From NCBI GenBank assembly GCA_003697365.1, contig RFGP01000077.1, positions 1-48,548 on the forward strand: a DNA stretch of 48,548 nt. Reading direction: 5' to 3'. Positions 25,878-34,763 of this stretch are shown one piece after another. Source of the DNA: Chloroflexota bacterium. GTDB taxonomy: Bacteria; Chloroflexota; Anaerolineae; Aggregatilineales; J027. The notes under the pieces were generated by a model that had not been told where the DNA came from, searched no databases, and saw only the letters and a program-made list of their open reading frames with translations. Positions within the stretch are counted from its first letter, which is position 1. Each line of letters opens with the position of its first letter. The position numbers and the translations under genes were made by a program.

Positions 25878-26798
25878 ATGAACACACAGGCTCAACCTTC
25901 AGTGCTTATGAGATGGTATATGGCTAGCCGACCTCGTAGTCTTACAGCAACCTATGTTCCGATTGGGCTTGGGGGGGTATTGGCTTATCAGGATGGTGTA
26001 TTTGATTTTATTGCTTTCGTATTGGCGTTGTTAGGTACGCTGATGTTGCAAATCAGCGCAAATTTATTCAATGAATATTACGATTTTCGCAAAGGGTCTG
26101 ATAAGAAAAAAACACATGGTTTAGGCATGATCATTGCGCGCGGACTGCTAACGCCACAACAAGTGTTTATTGGTGGTATCTTAACGCTTATTTTTGGCAT
26201 TCTGATCGGATTATATTTCGTATGGTCTGCAGGCTTGCTGGTGTTTTGGATTGGCTTGGGCGGCGTGTTAGCAGTGATACTTTACACTGCGGGACCATAT
26301 CCATTAGCGTATATTGGTCTGGGGGAAATAACAGTCTTTGTGTTTATGGGGCCTGCTATTGTCATTGGAGCATATTACGTACAAGCTAAGACGGTGAGCA
26401 CTGAGGCCATCTGGGGAGGGATACCGATAGCTTTTCTTGTTGCCAATATCCTTCATGCGAATAACCTGCGTGATCTAGAAGCAGATAAAGCCGAAGGAAA
26501 GCACACGCTGGCTACTATCTTCGGACGACAATTTGCGCGCCATGAATATCTAGTATTAACAGCAGGCGCTTTTGTATCTACATTTATTTTGTGGCTACTA
26601 GGGATTGCGCCTCTATTGACGGTAGCGGTTGTTATCTTGTTGCCAGAGGCTTTTCAGCTCATTCGCACAGCATATGCGACTGTTGATGCAGGAGAACTAC
26701 ACCAAGTGCTATTGCGGACGGCGCGACTACATCGTTGGTTTGGCATTGTATATGTAGGGGCATGGTTGCTCGCAATTTTAATAAATGACCTAATCTGA
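25878..26798 (+). CDS. menA: 1,4-dihydroxy-2-naphthoate prenyltransferase
   Basis: ASRPRSL, ANLFNEYYDFRKGSD, YTAGPYPLAYIGLGE, ANNLRDLEADKAEGKHTLA. Confidence 0.92.
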   Translation: MNTQAQPSVLMRWYMASRPRSLTATYVPIGLGGVLAYQDGVFDFIAFVLALLGTLMLQISANLFNEYYDFRKGSDKKKTHGLGMIIARGLLTPQQVFIGGILTLIFGILIGLYFVWSAGLLVFWIGLGGVLAVILYTAGPYPLAYIGLGEITVFVFMGPAIVIGAYYVQAKTVSTEAIWGGIPIAFLVANILHANNLRDLEADKAEGKHTLATIFGRQFARHEYLVLTAGAFVSTFILWLLGIAPLLTVAVVILLPEAFQLIRTAYATVDAGELHQVLLRTARLHRWFGIVYVGAWLLAILINDLI

Positions 26799-26873
26799 AC
26801 CTTAGCCATTGTAAAATAAACGTAAAAATGCATAATAAGAATCTCATGAAAGCAATGAAAGTATGAGTGTTTG

Positions 26874-28208
26874 ATGCCAATTCAATTGCATAATGGCTTG
26901 ATTTTACGTTCTCTACGTGAAGGCACCCCTGAAGATCGAGAACATTTGGTGCAATTTTACGTCGATGTTTTTACAGATCAATATGGCCCAGAAGATCGAA
27001 TATTAGCAGAGTGGATTCCTGATCTGCTCTCAGGTAAGCATCCTACTGTGACTGCGGATGATGTTTTTATGGTTGTTGATCCTGAAAACGAGGATCAAAT
27101 TGTGTCGGCAACATTATTGATTCCGCAAACTTGGCATTATGGAGGGATTCCTATTCCCGTTGGTCGCCCTGAACTGGGCGGGACACGTCGTGAATATCGT
27201 CGGCAAGGGTTGGTGCGCGCATTATTTCAGCGTGTACATGAGCGCAGCGCTGAATTGGGACATATGATGCAAGTGATAACGGGAATTCCTTTTTATTATC
27301 GCCAATTTGAGTATGCAATGGCTATTGATCTTGGGGATTGTGCAACTTTGGCTTTGGGCGCATTAAAGTCATTAGAGCCAAAGCCTGATACACCCCCAGC
27401 TTTTCGTTTACGTAATGCAGTATTAGATGATATTCCTCAAATAATGGCGTGGGAACGCGCTTTTAATGAGCATCAATTATTGGGGACGATTCGTGATAGG
27501 AATTATTGGGAATTTGAGATGAACTATCGTAACCCTAAGTCTCATCATAAGCGCCATTTTATGATCATCGAAAATGCTAATGGTGAAGCTGTAGGATATG
27601 TGGTGACGCGCTCTATGACTATGTGGGGGACGATAGGTATTTTTGAGTATGTCGTAGGGGATAAAGCATCTTATTTAGAAACGTTGCCATATGTATTGCT
27701 GGCAGTGCGTGATTATGCCTTTCAGCATGTATACGGAGAACAACCACCATATGGCATGTGGTTTGATGCAAGCCTGTATTCTATTCTTGCGAAACTATTA
27801 CGTGGTTTTCCTTCGGCAACAGTTTTGGCCGATGATTATGCATGGTATGTGCGTGTTCCGCATTTATATGATTTTATTCGTCATATCCAACCTGTATTAG
27901 AACAACGCCTTGAAGGGTCGCTTGCTCATCGTTATACAGGTAAGTTGCATATAGGCTTCTATACAAAACAAGGGTTGCTCTTACGCTTTGAACAGGGGAA
28001 GATCGTTGAAATAAGCGATGAAGAACCTGATCTTGGCAAAGCTGATGCTCTTTTTCCATATCTCACTTTTTTAAATGTACTCTTTGGTTATAGAACCCCG
28101 CGCGAGTTGCAACATGGGTATCCTGATGTACGTTTTGATTATCGTTCTGAAACCTTGTTGAACATTCTCTTTCCAAAACAACGAGCATGGATACATCCTC
28201 AACAATAA
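26874..28208 (+). CDS. Eis-like tandem GNAT protein with C-terminal SCP2-like domain
   Basis: GRPELGGTRREYRRQGLVRALF, ITGIPFYYRQFEY, WYVRVPHL; size fits an Eis-type protein. Confidence 0.75.
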   Translation: MPIQLHNGLILRSLREGTPEDREHLVQFYVDVFTDQYGPEDRILAEWIPDLLSGKHPTVTADDVFMVVDPENEDQIVSATLLIPQTWHYGGIPIPVGRPELGGTRREYRRQGLVRALFQRVHERSAELGHMMQVITGIPFYYRQFEYAMAIDLGDCATLALGALKSLEPKPDTPPAFRLRNAVLDDIPQIMAWERAFNEHQLLGTIRDRNYWEFEMNYRNPKSHHKRHFMIIENANGEAVGYVVTRSMTMWGTIGIFEYVVGDKASYLETLPYVLLAVRDYAFQHVYGEQPPYGMWFDASLYSILAKLLRGFPSATVLADDYAWYVRVPHLYDFIRHIQPVLEQRLEGSLAHRYTGKLHIGFYTKQGLLLRFEQGKIVEISDEEPDLGKADALFPYLTFLNVLFGYRTPRELQHGYPDVRFDYRSETLLNILFPKQRAWIHPQQ

Positions 28209-28301
28209 TCCTACGTTGAGCCGATGCTTTTATGTCCTAAATCGTTGCCTGTGGTAAACTAAGCGCTGCTGTTTATTGAAAAGTTGATGCGCTAATCTGG
28301 A

Positions 28302-29075
28302 ATGCTTCAAAATCGATTTAGTATTTATACAGTAGGCTTGTTGCTATTTTTCGCGGGGTTGGCATGTTCATTGGTTCCAGACGGAACGGTGACCGATGAT
28401 CAGCGCCTTGTGCGCCCTGAGCGGCCAGCGCTTTTGTTGTTAACGCCACAGCAAGGAAGTCGGTATGCATTAGGCACACCGGTTATTTTCCATGCTATCG
28501 CTCAAGATGCGGTTGGGATCAATCGCTTAGAGGTTCACATCGATCAACCTGAAACGCCACTTGTTCTGACGCACGTCATTGATCCACCAGCTACTGAAGT
28601 GGAGGTGTTGTTGCCTTGGATGCCACCTAATAGCCAACTCTATCTAATTAGCGTTTTAGCTTTTCGTGAGGCAGGATCGCCCTCTGATCCAAGTGATGAT
28701 ATTCCGAGTAATGAAATCTTACTTTCAATAGATGTGCTGCCAAGTAGCCAAGTTGCGCCACCACCTCCCTTTACTCCAGAAGTTGTGCCCAGCTCTACTA
28801 TAACCGTTGATAATGCGCTACCATCGATAAGCGCAGTCATTACCAGCACTGACTCTGTCCTTGTGCGGCAAGGGCCGGGCATACAATATCAAGCTGTACA
28901 AACACTCAATAATGGCGATATTTTGTCTGTTGTGGGGCGTAGCGAAGATGGTATTTGGCTGGTGATAGAACTGCCAAATGGTTTTGGATGGATTATTCGG
29001 GAGGCTGTCGTTTTGAATGGCGCAATTGAAGATTTAGCGGTTGTTGCTGCGCCTCCCTTAACAGAAAATGAGTAA
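28302..29075 (+). CDS. lipoprotein with Ig-like and SH3 domains
   Basis: Lipobox GLAC; AIAQDAVGINRLEV (Ig-like); VLVRQGPGIQY..VVGRSEDGIWL..GWI (SH3). Confidence 0.8.
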   Translation: MLQNRFSIYTVGLLLFFAGLACSLVPDGTVTDDQRLVRPERPALLLLTPQQGSRYALGTPVIFHAIAQDAVGINRLEVHIDQPETPLVLTHVIDPPATEVEVLLPWMPPNSQLYLISVLAFREAGSPSDPSDDIPSNEILLSIDVLPSSQVAPPPPFTPEVVPSSTITVDNALPSISAVITSTDSVLVRQGPGIQYQAVQTLNNGDILSVVGRSEDGIWLVIELPNGFGWIIREAVVLNGAIEDLAVVAAPPLTENE

Positions 29076-30006
29076 GGTAATGATAACGTTAAACATTTCT
29101 GCTGAAGTACAAGCTGCACTCAAAGAAAAACGCCCTGTTGTAGCGTTGGAATCAACAGTTATTTCACATGGGTTGCCATGGCCTGATAACCTCGAACTAG
29201 CGCGTACACTTGAAGCTATTATAAGGGAACAAGGCGCTGTACCTGCGACTATCGCGCTAATAGCTGGTCAGCCAACGATTGGCTTAGATGACAAACAACT
29301 AGAGTTATTAGCTAATGGCCGCGTTTCTGTTGAAAAGATAAGTCGCCGTGATTTTGGCTATGCAATCGCACGCAAACTGTATGGTGCAACGACAGTAGCC
29401 GCAACAATGATTCTAGCGCATAAAGCAGGTATTGATGTTTTTGCAACTGGTGGCATTGGGGGTGTACATCGTGGGGATAGTAACGATATTAGTGCTGATT
29501 TGCCCGAATTTGCCCAAACGCCTGTTGTTGTCGTTTCTGCTGGTGCAAAGGCCATTCTTGACTTGCCACGTACATTAGAGTGGCTAGAAACATATGGGGT
29601 TCCAGTTATTGGCTATGAAACGAATGAGTTCCCCGCTTTTTATACACGTGCTAGTGGCTTATCTTTGCCTTATCGAGCTGATACGCCTGCTGAGGTGGCG
29701 GCTATTATTTCTGCTCAGTGGTCATTTGGACTCAAGAGTGGCATCCTTGTAGCGAACCCTGTGCCACATGAAGCCGCCTTGCCTTTAGATGAAACAGAAC
29801 GCTATATTCAACAAGCGTTGCTAGAAGCCCAGCATCAAGGTGTACACGGCAAAGCGCTCACACCATTTTTATTGGCTTATTTAGCCGACATCTCTGATGG
29901 CAAAACCAAGCAAACAAATTTGGCGCTATTGAAAAACAACGCCAAAGTTGGTGCACAAATTGCCATAGCCCTTAAGGAACAACGCGAAATGTTGCTTGCT
30001 CAATAG
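29068..30006 (+). CDS. psuG: pseudouridine-5'-phosphate glycosidase
   Basis: PVVALESTVISHGLPWP, GATTVAATM, FATGGIGGVHRG, DISADL, GAKAILD, GKALTPFLL. Confidence 0.96.
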   Translation: MSKVMITLNISAEVQAALKEKRPVVALESTVISHGLPWPDNLELARTLEAIIREQGAVPATIALIAGQPTIGLDDKQLELLANGRVSVEKISRRDFGYAIARKLYGATTVAATMILAHKAGIDVFATGGIGGVHRGDSNDISADLPEFAQTPVVVVSAGAKAILDLPRTLEWLETYGVPVIGYETNEFPAFYTRASGLSLPYRADTPAEVAAIISAQWSFGLKSGILVANPVPHEAALPLDETERYIQQALLEAQHQGVHGKALTPFLLAYLADISDGKTKQTNLALLKNNAKVGAQIAIALKEQREMLLAQ

Positions 30007-30955
30007 GGGAGGTTTCTTCCCCTATGAACAGCTGTAACTCATAGTTGCCCGCATCGAAGCCTTTTTGTTGGCCGATAAAGAAAGATGTCTCGCCATTTCC
30101 AGCAGGGCCCCAAAGCGTGAATTGTTCAGCGACAAGGTTATTGTCTTTTAGCAATCGCCATCCCCAAAGCACACCTGTATTCATATTTTGATAGTGCATA
30201 AGAAAGAAAATGCGCCGAATGCCTACACTGAATGTAGCATTGGGTTTGTTTTCTTCTTCGCTTATCATGGTTTCTGTAATACCAATGATCCTTAGTTGGG
30301 CAGATTCAAGCGGCGTAGCGCGCGGGGTAACCCGTACAACACTAGATGATAAAGTTGGCAATGAGGTTTGTGTAGCAGTAGCTGTTGGGGTTATCGGAGA
30401 AGGCGTGGATGTAGCGCTGGCTGTTGGCGTTGAGCTCGCCGTCATGGTGAGAGTTTGAGTGAGCGTTTCGGTAGGCGAGGGAAGCGCTGTTGTTGAAGTG
30501 ATCGTAGGCGATGGGGTTGGGCTAGAAGTGCGCTCGTTTGTGTTGGTTGGTGTTAGTGTGCTGGTATGGCTTGGCTGGGTAGTTGCGCGACCTTGTTGTG
30601 TTGGCGTATGAGTAGGGCTCAGGGTTTCCGACGGTGAAATTGTTGGAGCTTGGGTCGTTGGTTCTGAGGTTGCCGTTGAGTTCATCACAACTTGTGTTGG
30701 TGTATCGGGTTCTGTTTCAATAGCATTGAAAATAAGAGTAGCAATGCACAGACCAAAACTCAAACTCAAGAAAAGCATTGCAAAGATAAGCATACGAAAT
30801 CCCCGTTGGCTTGCTCTGCGCCGATAAATCCAATATCGTGCACCCCGACTGCGCCGAAAAAGCCGCAATGCTAGGATGAGCAAAATAAGTCCAATTGTGA
30901 AAACGCTTGCTGTAATGACTGGTAAACGTTCAGTAAGTTCTTCTAGGGTTATCAT
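29972..30955 (-). CDS. hypothetical 2-TM protein with Thr/Pro/Ser stalk and C-terminal beta domain
   Basis: Two TM segments around an Arg-rich loop, about 120-aa T/P/S linker, C-terminal DAGNYELQLFIG. Confidence 0.75.
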   Translation of the reverse strand: MITLEELTERLPVITASVFTIGLILLILALRLFRRSRGARYWIYRRRASQRGFRMLIFAMLFLSLSFGLCIATLIFNAIETEPDTPTQVVMNSTATSEPTTQAPTISPSETLSPTHTPTQQGRATTQPSHTSTLTPTNTNERTSSPTPSPTITSTTALPSPTETLTQTLTMTASSTPTASATSTPSPITPTATATQTSLPTLSSSVVRVTPRATPLESAQLRIIGITETMISEEENKPNATFSVGIRRIFFLMHYQNMNTGVLWGWRLLKDNNLVAEQFTLWGPAGNGETSFFIGQQKGFDAGNYELQLFIGEETSPIEQATFRVVP

Positions 30956-30979
30956 CTGCTTTTTTGCTCAATTTCAGTC

Positions 30980-31008
30980 TTGCCAACAACATCAAAACTC
31001 TTTATACT
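30980..31008 (+). promoter_or_regulatory. sigma70-type promoter of tRNA-Val
   Basis: TTGCCA-17 nt-TATACT, 16 nt upstream of the tRNA. Confidence 0.7.
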
Positions 31009-31024
31009 GTAAACATCAATTTAT

Positions 31025-31098
31025 GGGGTGTTAGCTCAGTTGGCCAGAGCGCTTCGTTGACATCGAAGAGGTCAGAGGTTCAAGTCCTCTACATCCCA
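31025..31098 (+). tRNA. tRNA-Val(GAC), CCA not encoded
   Basis: Acceptor stem GGGGTGT/ACATCCC, D-arm GCTCAGTTGGCCAGAGC, anticodon arm CTTCG-TTGACAT-CGAAG, T-arm AGAGG-TTCAAGT-CCTCT, discriminator A followed by CAT. Confidence 0.96.
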
Positions 31099-31105
31099 CA
31101 TCAAC

Positions 31106-31132
31106 ATCAGCCACCACACTAGGGTGGCTGAT
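31106..31132. terminator. hairpin between tRNA-Val and the convergent kinase operon
   Basis: ATCAGCCACC-acactag-GGTGGCTGAT followed by ATTTTT. Confidence 0.8.
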
Positions 31133-31144
31133 ATTTTTATAAGA

Positions 31145-33622
31145 TCAATCTACTGGTGGGCATGGTGGGTCAAATTCGCCTACGACTGTATCCGCAACCC
31201 ACCCTTGAATGAGCTCGCCATCGCGTGTGAGCTCAATAAAGTACCACACGACCCCGTTTCTGTCGCGCTGCTGCTCGTATACATCTCCTCTTTCATTAGG
31301 GAAGAATGTTCCAATTACTGTGCCATTAGGGGTTTCGCGAATATTCACGCCACCCACCGATGATGTAAATACTTGGCAAATATACGTTCGTGGCGTAGCC
31401 GTTGCCGTAGGTGTAAAAGTACGTGTAGGGGTGGGCGTGCTTGTGGGTGGTCGATTTGTCGCCGTTAATGTTGCTTGTGCTTGCTGCGTTTGAACGAAAA
31501 ATCCTGTTGCTGCGGCGAAGGTTTGGCTAGCAATTTGAGTGCGTACCGCTGCTGTACTGGTTTGTTGACTTAAGAATGCGTCGCGTGTAGCCGTTAGATC
31601 GATTGCGCGTTGTTCAGTTGCACGCTGATTGGCTAGGTTGATCTCTTCTTGTGTAGCAGTATTGATCGCAGCCAAAGTTTGGGCCGTACTCGTGGCAAGG
31701 GCAAAAGCCGTTGCGGTTTGCTCTTCAGGGCTAAGCGGCGTATTTGTTGGTGTGCTAGTTGCGGTTGCGGTTGGTGTATCGCTCGGCGTACTGGTAGGTG
31801 ATGGTGTATCTGTGGCCGTTGCCGTAGCTGTCGCCGTGAAAGTCATCGTTCCAGTAGGGCTTGGGGTATCGGATGGGGCAATGACACCTAAAATGGGGGT
31901 GCGATTGATATAGCCAATTGCAGCTAGAATCATTAATAAAATAATCCCTGCTGCACCCCAACTCAAGAACCGTCGTTGACGCAATGCGCGCAACTCATTT
32001 TCTAGTCGTAAGATTTCGGTGCGTCGTCCCAATACGCGGAAAGGTTCTTCTTTACAAATAGCTAGCCAGCGAGCGGCCGCTTCTATGTCACGCCGATCTA
32101 AAGCTAACTCTACGCGCTCAATATGCCGACCTAATAGCTCACCCACAAGGTTTTGGTAGCGCGGGTCTTGGGCGAAATGGCGTAATCCCGATAGCATTTG
32201 CCTTGCTTGTGCAAGTTCATTGTCAAAATTTTGAGCAATAAGTCCTGATGCGCGTTCGATGATTTGCCGTCCTTCTCGCAATTCAGTTACTAGTTGCTCT
32301 GCTTGGCGTTTGCCAGCTATTGCTTCGCTGTCGGTTGGGTCAAGCCGCGTAGCCATTGTGAATAGCTCTAGGCTTTCTTCTGCTAAGCGATATTTATCTT
32401 CTAAGGAAGATACGCCTTCGATTCGAGAAAGAGTTGCTTGGCCTTGATCAATAAGTTGTGCCTTCACATTTTGTAGATGCGCATTTGTGTCATTGACCAT
32501 TTGTTGTAAGCGCGCGCTGCCGGGTAGAACTTGTCTTAGATTAGATAAGACCGTTAATAAGTTGACTAAGCCATCAGCACGTTCCATTAAAGAGCCGCTG
32601 ATCGTACTTAGGCGAATGTTGGCTTGGTCATATTGCTCTTGAATACGCTTGACGAGCTTTATACGCTCTTCGGCTTCAGGATTATTAGGCACTACTCGTA
32701 GCGAGCCTTCATATTTACTAAGCGCTTCTGACCATTCATCTGCTGCCAATAGCCGATCCCCGTCTGCCAAAAGCTGACGCGCTAACACGAGGTCTTGGAT
32801 TTCAAGCAGTGCTTGCTCTACATCTTTCCAACTACGAATGCCGCTGCGTTCGGCAATTTCGCGCGCTTCGCGATACAAACGTTCTGCTTCTTCATAGTTG
32901 CCAGCACGGACTAAAGAATTGGCTCTGTTATAAGCAACGCGCGCATCAAAAGGGATACGATGGTCAGGTACAATGCCCCGCATTAAGTTGTCTTCAGCTT
33001 TTTGTTTAAACTCTTGCGCTTGTTCGCTTTGTGGAAGTTGTTCTGCTAATTCAATAGTTCGCTCATAGTCGCCTGCGTAATAAGTAGAAGCAATTTCATT
33101 CAATAATTCTGCTTCATTTGTGGCATCTATAGACGTTGTGTTGGTTGAAGTTGTTGGGTCGGATGCTGAATCAGATGTTGTATCTTCACTTAATGTAAAG
33201 CCATAGCGTGTTGCCAGCCCTTGCACTTTAAGCATGTGTTGAGCACTACGTTGTGCTGCTTGGTGTAATAGCTCATGAATTTCGATGTTTTCAGGATCAA
33301 GCGCAAGAGCTTCGGCTAGAATGTCAATCGCTTCATCTAAATCGCGATCGTCACCCGCTATTTCAATGCGAATGCGCGCTTTTCTTATCAAACTGCGGAC
33401 TTGCCCTACGTTTGGGTTTGTTGCTGGAATTGCGCTGCGCTGTGCTAATTGACTGAAGAGCTCACGTGCTTCTGCTTCAAAGGGCGTATTTTTACTTTGT
33501 GTGAGTAAGTTACGCGCGAGTGCTTCTAGGTCTGCGACTAGCGTTGCTGAAGGTTCAGCTGGCATCATTTCAATTTGTTGACGTAATTCATTTAATGCTT
33601 GGCGTAAATCGCTCATTGACAT
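31145..33622 (-). CDS. TPR/helical-repeat protein with one TM, Thr-rich stalk and C-terminal SH3-like domain
   Basis: AIDILAEALALDPEN, YNRANSLVRAGNYEEAERLY; TM WGAAGIILLMILAAIGYI; TPTATAT repeats; VNIRETPNG..WYFI..GWV. Start is ATG 33622 or 33616; the ORF track gives GTG 33640. Confidence 0.82.
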   Translation of the reverse strand: MSMSDLRQALNELRQQIEMMPAEPSATLVADLEALARNLLTQSKNTPFEAEARELFSQLAQRSAIPATNPNVGQVRSLIRKARIRIEIAGDDRDLDEAIDILAEALALDPENIEIHELLHQAAQRSAQHMLKVQGLATRYGFTLSEDTTSDSASDPTTSTNTTSIDATNEAELLNEIASTYYAGDYERTIELAEQLPQSEQAQEFKQKAEDNLMRGIVPDHRIPFDARVAYNRANSLVRAGNYEEAERLYREAREIAERSGIRSWKDVEQALLEIQDLVLARQLLADGDRLLAADEWSEALSKYEGSLRVVPNNPEAEERIKLVKRIQEQYDQANIRLSTISGSLMERADGLVNLLTVLSNLRQVLPGSARLQQMVNDTNAHLQNVKAQLIDQGQATLSRIEGVSSLEDKYRLAEESLELFTMATRLDPTDSEAIAGKRQAEQLVTELREGRQIIERASGLIAQNFDNELAQARQMLSGLRHFAQDPRYQNLVGELLGRHIERVELALDRRDIEAAARWLAICKEEPFRVLGRRTEILRLENELRALRQRRFLSWGAAGIILLMILAAIGYINRTPILGVIAPSDTPSPTGTMTFTATATATATDTPSPTSTPSDTPTATATSTPTNTPLSPEEQTATAFALATSTAQTLAAINTATQEEINLANQRATEQRAIDLTATRDAFLSQQTSTAAVRTQIASQTFAAATGFFVQTQQAQATLTATNRPPTSTPTPTRTFTPTATATPRTYICQVFTSSVGGVNIRETPNGTVIGTFFPNERGDVYEQQRDRNGVVWYFIELTRDGELIQGWVADTVVGEFDPPCPPVD

Positions 33623-33626
33623 TTCC

Positions 33627-34745
33627 CTATGGGATAACACGCATATTCAAATAATCATTGATTGCTTTCATCAAGCGTCGGAGTTCAAATTCCATGTCTT
33701 CATTAATACCTTCAAGAATAGCAGCATCAGTGAGTAGATCGCGAGCTTCGCGAGCTAGCTCTGCGCTTTCACGCAATTTGCTTAGCCCATTACGAACGTA
33801 TTCACGCGCTTGGATAAGGGCAGGGTGGGTGACTTGAAAACGGAACTCCCATCCAAAATGAACTGCTGCTTGTTCTACGGTTTGCAAAAATTCCTCTGCA
33901 TTCGCAAAGTCTTGATGCGCCCCACGTTCTAATAGATCAATAATGGGTTGACTGAGCATCTCTCCCGAAAAGTCGAGATGTGTGACATCATTATACCGAG
34001 TGTCAACTTCCTGTTGGCTAGCAGGTTGTGGGCGCAATTCCCCACGTTGTGGCGACATGCCTGTGAAAATTGGGTATAGGATGCCAACGCATAGATTGTG
34101 AAGGTCTTTTCGCCTGAGGTTGTTTATTTGGGCATCATGTTGCTCTAATTGTTTTGAGCTATTCCAATCAATCACTCTTAACTTTTTACCATCCCAATAG
34201 ACATGCTCCAATTTGTGATCCATGTAAAAAATATAGTTTTCATGTGCTTCTAGGAGCATGTGGCCAAATTGCATCGCTAAATTTAAGCCCTCTTCAATAG
34301 GCAAGCGACGGCGTTGCCCACTGTTGTTTGTTTTCATGACATATAACAAATTCTGCTCACGTGGCAAGTATTCTAGGGCAATATAGGGTCGCCAGCCTTC
34401 ACTGTTGCGCGGAAAAAGATTTTCTTCAAAAGCGCGCCAGTCAGTACGTAGAGAGATAATCTCGCCATCAGGATATTCATTTGAGGATTGTATATAGCCA
34501 CAATCGTAATAGCGAATAGGTACAGGATTACGATCCAAGTTTTTTAATAGTCGCACTTCATGCGGAAAGGCTTTTGCCTCCCAGCGTGGAGCTTCATCTC
34601 TGGCGATGTGCTCTGGGCGCATAATTTTGAGGGCAACCTGCCGACCGTCGCGCAAGTCATGCGCTTCAAGGACTCGCGCATAGTGACCTAGAGCAAAAGT
34701 ATCAATAAAGTTGCCGAGTGCATAAACTTCTGTAATGGTTGGCAA
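33627..34745 (-). CDS. soluble atypical Ser/Thr kinase-like protein
   Basis: LGHYARV, VALK, HEVRLL, YIALEYL, catalytic loop YMDHKLEH, VIDWN; TTG start after AAGGAAG. Confidence 0.8.
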   Translation of the reverse strand: MPTITEVYALGNFIDTFALGHYARVLEAHDLRDGRQVALKIMRPEHIARDEAPRWEAKAFPHEVRLLKNLDRNPVPIRYYDCGYIQSSNEYPDGEIISLRTDWRAFEENLFPRNSEGWRPYIALEYLPREQNLLYVMKTNNSGQRRRLPIEEGLNLAMQFGHMLLEAHENYIFYMDHKLEHVYWDGKKLRVIDWNSSKQLEQHDAQINNLRRKDLHNLCVGILYPIFTGMSPQRGELRPQPASQQEVDTRYNDVTHLDFSGEMLSQPIIDLLERGAHQDFANAEEFLQTVEQAAVHFGWEFRFQVTHPALIQAREYVRNGLSKLRESAELAREARDLLTDAAILEGINEDMEFELRRLMKAINDYLNMRVIP

Positions 34746-34763
34746 AGTTTGCTTCCTTTACGA

